A stretch of DNA of 64,000 nt from Diplonema japonicum (taxonomy: Eukaryota; Protista; Euglenozoa: Diplonemea), in assembly GCA_964019335.1 (NCBI GenBank), contig OZ025695.1:62001-126000 (forward strand), written 5' to 3'. A program made the position numbers and the translations under genes. Positions 56,530 through 64,000 of this stretch are shown piece after piece; the first letter of the stretch is position 1; each line of letters starts with the position of its first letter. Under the pieces are notes generated by a model that was not told where the DNA came from, searched no databases, and saw only the letters and a program-made list of their open reading frames with translations.

Positions 56530-56619
56530 TTTACTTTTCTTCGTTTCTTTCTTCTTGTGTAGAGGTAAATCTGTAGTGTGGTAATTTATCACTTTGTATC
56601 TATCAATGCCCCTCCCCTT

Positions 56620-59210
56620 GCTATGCTTGGCTCCTTTCTGGAGTTATCAAGCAGGTCTCAAAACCCCACCTCGAGCCCACGACGGGGTTGGAAGCTAAAG
56701 AAGAAGATACCATTAAGGCCATTGAAATACGAAAGTTATTGTTGATGAAGTGGTTACCACGAAAACTCGATAAAATTTCAGTGTGCATGGGCTCACTGTT
56801 CAGGGAGAAATTCACACTAATCGGTCACCGTTCTGCGGTTGCTGTCTGGTGCCTGCGGTGGCTGTTTGTCGCGATGAGATGGACGGCATCTGGGCGAGAA
56901 ACATTGCTTGGAGTCGTGCTAGGTAGGGGGGGGTTTGGCTCGAGGAGAAGAGTGGTCTCCTGTCGCAGCCGTGTGCCGTCGGGCCCCAAGATGTCGAAGG
57001 GTATGCACCCTTGATTTGGCGTTGGCGGGGAAGGCTGACCTTCCACAGCGTGCTGAGCATTTCTGGATGCGACCCAAGATGTATCGCATCCTTGCGGCCT
57101 TCTCCGTGAGCAGGTCTTGATCGTCGAGGGGACCTATGAGTGACCGGCGGGTGGTCTGCTCATAGTCTATGGCGAGTTCCATTGTCGTGACGGAAGTTTT
57201 CTTCTTACCATCGTACCATCGTAGGCCTCTTAGCCACTTGAGGACGTTCTTCAAATGAAAGGTCAGGACCGCGCCTGACGCCCCGTTCGCCTTCAGCAAC
57301 GCTTCCGTCGGAACATCATGTTGCCTCCCTGTCGTTACCTCATCCCAAGGGTTGGAGGTAGCACTCTCTTGCTTTTTTCCGCTGCTCTGGCGTCACGGAC
57401 CGTCACTACTTTCAGGAGGTATTGTTGCACGTTCTTTCCCTGCTTTGTCGGCCCCTCTTGGGACTATCTCGTGAAGGGCTGTGGCAGCTGGGAGGACTTC
57501 TCGCTTCACCTCTGCGTATTGCTCGCTTTCCAACACACTCCTTGCCGGCTCGCACTCCCACAGTGCATGCTCCGTCATGCTGGTCGTTGTCTGGGACCGG
57601 TGGTCGCAAACGTCACACGCTAATGCTGGGTTTTCCACACCAGGGCCATCCAATTTTCTCCCCCACACCCTCCCCTCGGGTGAGTCGTGCACACTGCACC
57701 ACTAATGATGCGCCGCAACCTAAAGGACACCAACGGTCTTCGGGCCTGGAGCTTTTTCCACCAATAGTTCGTGGACGGGCACGCCCCTGCCTCCATCCCC
57801 ACGAACTCTTCTCGATCAGCCTCTTCGCAACTGCCGGTCTGATGGCTTGCCTCACTTTGTGAGCCACCGCTGTATCTCCGTGCAGGTCGGCCACAAAGGA
57901 CCATCCCTTCCCCAGAAAGGGGAGCCATCTGTTCCGCAGGACCCATCACCTCATCGTCATCGCGGTCCTGGTATAGACCAATGATCTCACCAACACGCTG
58001 CCGCAAACGCGGAGAGGCCAGGCTCTCCCGGACCAAGCTGTTTATCGTTCCGTAGATGACCTTCGACAACGGATGTGCCGTATGCCCTGGCAGCAGAACG
58101 TTCGGTACAGACACGGGGTTTCTCATCCCGAACTGGGGGCCCCACAAGGAGATCACTGCCGCTGTACACATCTTCTTCAGCTGGTCGTCCGAGGGTGCCG
58201 CATACGTCGCTCCGTACAGACACGACGGTGGTACAGTGCTCGTCAACATCGTCGACTTGTTCTCAAACCCTAGTGGCAAAGCTCCGAGACGGGTCAGGCG
58301 TCCCTCCGCTGCGTCCAGCTTGTCCAGCCTGTGATTCCCATCCATGTTCAGGGTCACGCCAAGTGATTTGATCTCCCTAGCTACCTTGAACTAGGAACCG
58401 GTGCATACTAGACTAGGGCCGATCTCGTTTTTCGTCGAGAATCCCTGCGACTTCTTTCCATTCAGGCGCATCTCTGTCCGGTCCCCGTACTCGATCACCT
58501 TGTTGGTCGCCCTTGTCAGGACCTCCGCTAAACGCGCCAGGAGGTACACGTCATCCGCGTACGAAAGTGACCAAGCTCCTGGTACTTCCGTCATCACGCA
58601 CTTCACCATCACCGACACCAAGGCGTTCACCATGATTACCGAGATGGGGCACCCTTGCAGGATACCATTCGTCACCCGGAACTCTGAGCCAAAACCTGTC
58701 GGGAAACGGAATCGCCGCTTCAGGTTCGCATACATAGCTTTCAAGGGGGTCAGTATCCGCTCGTGCAAACCGAGATCTTGCATCAGGCCAAAAGCTATCT
58801 GCTGTGGGACTCTGTCGAAACACTTGACAAAATCCAACGCAATGCCGTTGAGAGGGGTGCCTGTCAACAGCGCCTCTTCAAGCTGTGTACTGAGCTCCAT
58901 CAGAATGCTATCCGTGCCTCTCTTCGGTCTGAACCCATGCTGAGAGTCGTCGATCCACTTCTCTTGCGCGTGATGTCACGCAGCCTCGCACATGCCCACA
59001 GCCGATAGACCGCGCTCGTGACTGTGATCGGCCGATGGTTCAAAGGAGTTCTCTCGCCACCCTTCGGGATCAACGTCACCAGCGCTGTCAGGAGTGCTTT
59101 CGGCCACTTCCCTGTCGTCTCGATCGCGTTGAACAGCTCGGCCCAAGCATCCAGCAGTACAACTGGCATGGCACGCAGTTCCGTCATCCTCCATCCATCC
59201 ACCCCTCGAA
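56620..59210 (-). mobile_element. 5'-truncated, frameshifted non-LTR retrotransposon (LINE-like), copy 1
   Basis: RT motifs LIPKG..RPITV, LDFVKCFDRV, GILQGCPIS, YADD; CxxC..H..WEC knuckle; several frameshifts and stops. The 3' boundary is approximate. Confidence 0.88.
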
Positions 59211-60144
59211 AATATTTGTGACGGTTTGTAGCCTTACTTCATGAGAAAAAAAAAAAAAAAGCTATCTCTGTGACACGGTGTAAATGGTCGGCTATGGACC
59301 GTTCACCAGGTTCACGGAGGCTCGCTTGTCCAGGGAACACCGGTTCATAATCATTTCTGGTATCGTTTCGATTGAAGGGTTTCGCAATTCGCTCAGTCCT
59401 GTACGCTCGGCCTGCCTACGAGCCCACGAGGTCATCGCGACCAGCATCTTCCGAAGAAGTGCTTCCCTCAGCAGGGTACTTAAAAGAGTCCATTATTTAT
59501 CCCAGGATTTATGCTGTGCGGATGAGATTCCTGTGATTGTATTAGGCAGTACTAGAGACAGGCCCACGGAGTACTAAGTTGATAGCTTTGTTTTTCCTTT
59601 CAATAATAAAAAAATAAAAGGGGGGGGAGAGTGTAATTCATGGGAAATAAAAAAAGAAAAAAAGAAAAAGCAGAGGAATAACAAAAACCTTTGTGTGTTT
59701 TTTTCATTCCTCCGGGGGGGGGGAAAAAAAATAGAAAAATTTCACTGTTGATTGAGCGTGTTAGCAACGACCCGGAGCCACAGGAAGCTTAAAATAGTCG
59801 GAAAAAAAAAAAAGAAGAAGAAGAAAGAAAAAAAGTGGAAACAATCACCAACACCCTTCCGAGGTAAGCCAGAGGGCGTCGTTGGTCACTGTTTGGAGAG
59901 GAAGTATGTACTAATTAGGCTTTTTTATATAAAGGTTTTCAGCACTTTGGTTTTAAAGAATTTGTTGTTTTCATTCCTTGTTTTTAAAAACATAGAAAGC
60001 AGCTCCAGAAGAGCAAGAGCCATTAAACGCCGGCTCCCTTTTTTATTTAAGCTGTGCATTTACATCTTCTGGCTGCCAAGAAAGAAACGAGAGGAAGGAA
60101 GGAAGAAGAAAAATAGATAATGAAAAGACTCAACTCTTGATTCA

Positions 60145-61182
60145 TCACAAGCAGACACAGGGTCTTTGGGGCCCGGTGGTGCCAGCAGCAACCTTCCTGG
60201 GGCACCAGTCGCCGACGGGACCAGAGGAGGTGAAGACGGCGGTGTGCGGAGCGTTAGCAGAGAGGGGGATGGTGAGCTTCTCGCCAGGGGCGAAGGTCTT
60301 CTGGAACACGGTCATGGTCTGTGCCTGGTTGGAGCCTGAAGGGGAGAAGACAGGGGAGCACGAGGACCCCTGCCAGTCGTTGTTGGCAAGGTACATAGGG
60401 ATCCCACCGTTCTGTCCCTTGGAGCAAGGGGGGCAGTGGTAGACCGCCACGAAGAAGTTGCAGGGGGCCTTCTTCTTCGAGCAGCACTCGAGCTTGATCT
60501 CGTCCCCAGCCGCGAGCCCCGGAAGGCTGTGCACCACTGCGTTCTCGAGAGCAGTGGGAGGGTTCGCAAGAGTCCTCTCTGCCGTCGTGAGCTTCCCGTT
60601 TGTGAAGGCCATGGGCGGCTGGGGCATCGCAACCCCTGACTTCACTGCCGTCACAGCAGCACAGGTGGTGCAGCAGTCCGCCCTGTGGTGCAGCAGAACA
60701 GGGTCGATCTCAGGGTGCATCGCCCTGCAGTTGTTCAGCCCGCACACCAGCCCATCCCCGCACTGGTCATCGTTGTCACAGTCCCCGATCCCGAACCCGC
60801 ACCCGGGGTTCTTCATGCAGTAGTCCAGGTGGAACGGCTGCATCACCTCACAGCAGTCAGCAAGCTCCTCGTAGTTCGCTGCATCCATGGGGTGCATCGC
60901 CTTGCAGTTGTTGTGCCCGCACGCCAGCCCAGCCACACACTCGTCATCCGTGTCACAGTCCCCCTCTCCGTGTTTGCACGCAACGGTCTGGCACTTGTCC
61001 CAGCTCCACCCCCCAGTCCTCAGGGTCTGGCCCCCTCCCCCCATCGCCATCAGCTGCTGCGTCTCCGCGTTCGTGTCCTCGTCGTTCGTCTCCCCGGAGT
61101 TGTCCGTCCCCTTCGTGGGGTCTGCTGCATCCACTGCCGCCTGCATCGCAACCAACACAACCAGGGCAATCTGGAGCTTCAT
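60145..61182 (-). CDS. Secreted cysteine-rich protein, copy 2
   Basis: Identical translation to copy 1. Confidence 0.9.
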   Translation of the reverse strand: MKLQIALVVLVAMQAAVDAADPTKGTDNSGETNDEDTNAETQQLMAMGGGGQTLRTGGWSWDKCQTVACKHGEGDCDTDDECVAGLACGHNNCKAMHPMDAANYEELADCCEVMQPFHLDYCMKNPGCGFGIGDCDNDDQCGDGLVCGLNNCRAMHPEIDPVLLHHRADCCTTCAAVTAVKSGVAMPQPPMAFTNGKLTTAERTLANPPTALENAVVHSLPGLAAGDEIKLECCSKKKAPCNFFVAVYHCPPCSKGQNGGIPMYLANNDWQGSSCSPVFSPSGSNQAQTMTVFQKTFAPGEKLTIPLSANAPHTAVFTSSGPVGDWCPRKVAAGTTGPQRPCVCL

Positions 61183-61272
61183 TTTACTTTTCTTCGTTTC
61201 TTTCTTCTTGTGTAGAGGTAAATCTGTAGTGTGGTAATTTATCACTTTGTATCTATCAATGCCCCTCCCCTT

Positions 61273-63863
61273 GCTATGCTTGGCTCCTTTCTGGAGTTAT
61301 CAAGCAGGTCTCAAAACCCCACCTCGAGCCCACGACGGGGTTGGAAGCTAAAGAAGAAGATACCATTAAGGCCATTGAAATACGAAAGTTATTGTTGATG
61401 AAGTGGTTACCACGAAAACTCGATAAAATTTCAGTGTGCATGGGCTCACTGTTCAGGGAGAAATTCACACTAATCGGTCACCGTTCTGCGGTTGCTGTCT
61501 GGTGCCTGCGGTGGCTGTTTGTCGCGATGAGATGGACGGCATCTGGGCGAGAAACATTGCTTGGAGTCGTGCTAGGTAGGGGGGGGTTTGGCTCGAGGAG
61601 AAGAGTGGTCTCCTGTCGCAGCCGTGTGCCGTCGGGCCCCAAGATGTCGAAGGGTATGCACCCTTGATTTGGCGTTGGCGGGGAAGGCTGACCTTCCACA
61701 GCGTGCTGAGCATTTCTGGATGCGACCCAAGATGTATCGCATCCTTGCGGCCTTCTCCGTGAGCAGGTCTTGATCGTCGAGGGGACCTATGAGTGACCGG
61801 CGGGTGGTCTGCTCATAGTCTATGGCGAGTTCCATTGTCGTGACGGAAGTTTTCTTCTTACCATCGTACCATCGTAGGCCTCTTAGCCACTTGAGGACGT
61901 TCTTCAAATGAAAGGTCAGGACCGCGCCTGACGCCCCGTTCGCCTTCAGCAACGCTTCCGTCGGAACATCATGTTGCCTCCCTGTCGTTACCTCATCCCA
62001 AGGGTTGGAGGTAGCACTCTCTTGCTTTTTTCCGCTGCTCTGGCGTCACGGACCGTCACTACTTTCAGGAGGTATTGTTGCACGTTCTTTCCCTGCTTTG
62101 TCGGCCCCTCTTGGGACTATCTCGTGAAGGGCTGTGGCAGCTGGGAGGACTTCTCGCTTCACCTCTGCGTATTGCTCGCTTTCCAACACACTCCTTGCCG
62201 GCTCGCACTCCCACAGTGCATGCTCCGTCATGCTGGTCGTTGTCTGGGACCGGTGGTCGCAAACGTCACACGCTAATGCTGGGTTTTCCACACCAGGGCC
62301 ATCCAATTTTCTCCCCCACACCCTCCCCTCGGGTGAGTCGTGCACACTGCACCACTAATGATGCGCCGCAACCTAAAGGACACCAACGGTCTTCGGGCCT
62401 GGAGCTTTTTCCACCAATAGTTCGTGGACGGGCACGCCCCTGCCTCCATCCCCACGAACTCTTCTCGATCAGCCTCTTCGCAACTGCCGGTCTGATGGCT
62501 TGCCTCACTTTGTGAGCCACCGCTGTATCTCCGTGCAGGTCGGCCACAAAGGACCATCCCTTCCCCAGAAAGGGGAGCCATCTGTTCCGCAGGACCCATC
62601 ACCTCATCGTCATCGCGGTCCTGGTATAGACCAATGATCTCACCAACACGCTGCCGCAAACGCGGAGAGGCCAGGCTCTCCCGGACCAAGCTGTTTATCG
62701 TTCCGTAGATGACCTTCGACAACGGATGTGCCGTATGCCCTGGCAGCAGAACGTTCGGTACAGACACGGGGTTTCTCATCCCGAACTGGGGGCCCCACAA
62801 GGAGATCACTGCCGCTGTACACATCTTCTTCAGCTGGTCGTCCGAGGGTGCCGCATACGTCGCTCCGTACAGACACGACGGTGGTACAGTGCTCGTCAAC
62901 ATCGTCGACTTGTTCTCAAACCCTAGTGGCAAAGCTCCGAGACGGGTCAGGCGTCCCTCCGCTGCGTCCAGCTTGTCCAGCCTGTGATTCCCATCCATGT
63001 TCAGGGTCACGCCAAGTGATTTGATCTCCCTAGCTACCTTGAACTAGGAACCGGTGCATACTAGACTAGGGCCGATCTCGTTTTTCGTCGAGAATCCCTG
63101 CGACTTCTTTCCATTCAGGCGCATCTCTGTCCGGTCCCCGTACTCGATCACCTTGTTGGTCGCCCTTGTCAGGACCTCCGCTAAACGCGCCAGGAGGTAC
63201 ACGTCATCCGCGTACGAAAGTGACCAAGCTCCTGGTACTTCCGTCATCACGCACTTCACCATCACCGACACCAAGGCGTTCACCATGATTACCGAGATGG
63301 GGCACCCTTGCAGGATACCATTCGTCACCCGGAACTCTGAGCCAAAACCTGTCGGGAAACGGAATCGCCGCTTCAGGTTCGCATACATAGCTTTCAAGGG
63401 GGTCAGTATCCGCTCGTGCAAACCGAGATCTTGCATCAGGCCAAAAGCTATCTGCTGTGGGACTCTGTCGAAACACTTGACAAAATCCAACGCAATGCCG
63501 TTGAGAGGGGTGCCTGTCAACAGCGCCTCTTCAAGCTGTGTACTGAGCTCCATCAGAATGCTATCCGTGCCTCTCTTCGGTCTGAACCCATGCTGAGAGT
63601 CGTCGATCCACTTCTCTTGCGCGTGATGTCACGCAGCCTCGCACATGCCCACAGCCGATAGACCGCGCTCGTGACTGTGATCGGCCGATGGTTCAAAGGA
63701 GTTCTCTCGCCACCCTTCGGGATCAACGTCACCAGCGCTGTCAGGAGTGCTTTCGGCCACTTCCCTGTCGTCTCGATCGCGTTGAACAGCTCGGCCCAAG
63801 CATCCAGCAGTACAACTGGCATGGCACGCAGTTCCGTCATCCTCCATCCATCCACCCCTCGAA
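61273..63863 (-). mobile_element. 5'-truncated, frameshifted non-LTR retrotransposon, copy 2
   Basis: Same ORF fragments and same disablements as copy 1. Confidence 0.88.
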
Positions 63864-64000
63864 AATATTTGTGACGGTTTGTAGCCTTACTTCATGAGAA
63901 AAAAAAAAAAAAAGCTATCTCTGTGACACGGTGTAAATGGTCGGCTATGGACCGTTCACCAGGTTCACGGAGGCTCGCTTGTCCAGGGAACACCGGTTCA

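Larger units (their letters stand above)
55350..64000. repeat. Tandem duplication, 4653-bp unit (Cys-rich gene + LINE fragment); second copy runs off the window
   Basis: All ORFs recur identically at +4653 (55492/60145, 58391/63044). The flanks near 55.1-55.35 kb and 59.8-60.0 kb are similar but diverged. Confidence 0.95.

Noticed and set aside
59250-59580. Complex sequence 5' of the LINE RT as part of the element or an SL-RNA target
   Set aside because: No recognisable protein motif and no spliced-leader sequence; left unassigned.
1-64000. CRISPR arrays, rRNA, prokaryotic operon signals
   Set aside because: None seen; the sequence is intron-containing eukaryotic DNA.

Overview
Eukaryotic protist DNA, most likely a euglenozoan and probably a diplonemid (inferred from gene organisation and content). 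All ~30 recognisable genes lie on the minus strand with short spacers (47-110 nt in several cases), as in a polycistronic, trans-spliced cluster. Unlike kinetoplastid genes, they carry many tiny GT-AG introns (31-90 nt), so many ORF-track entries are only exons. Recognisable genes: Gfo/Idh/MocA (galacturonate reductase-like) oxidoreductase, DNAJB13/RSP16-like J protein, TPR and ankyrin proteins, USO1/p115, a four-domain voltage-gated channel, a PDZ protein, a cytidine deaminase-like protein, a pseudo-caspase, gankyrin, a SHIPPO-repeat protein, a giant protein with adhesin-like repeats, a Rab, a fumarate reductase-cytochrome b5 fusion and TRM11. Accessory DNA: (1) a 1.7-kb TIR element (2575-4291) carrying a tRNA-Asp-derived Pol III cassette and a nested, decayed LINE fragment; (2) a 4653-bp tandem unit (from ~55.3 kb) of a secreted Cys-rich protein gene plus a 5'-truncated dead LINE; (3) a ~220-nt highly structured intergenic element (43011-43231). 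Exon models were derived by eye and no searches were run.
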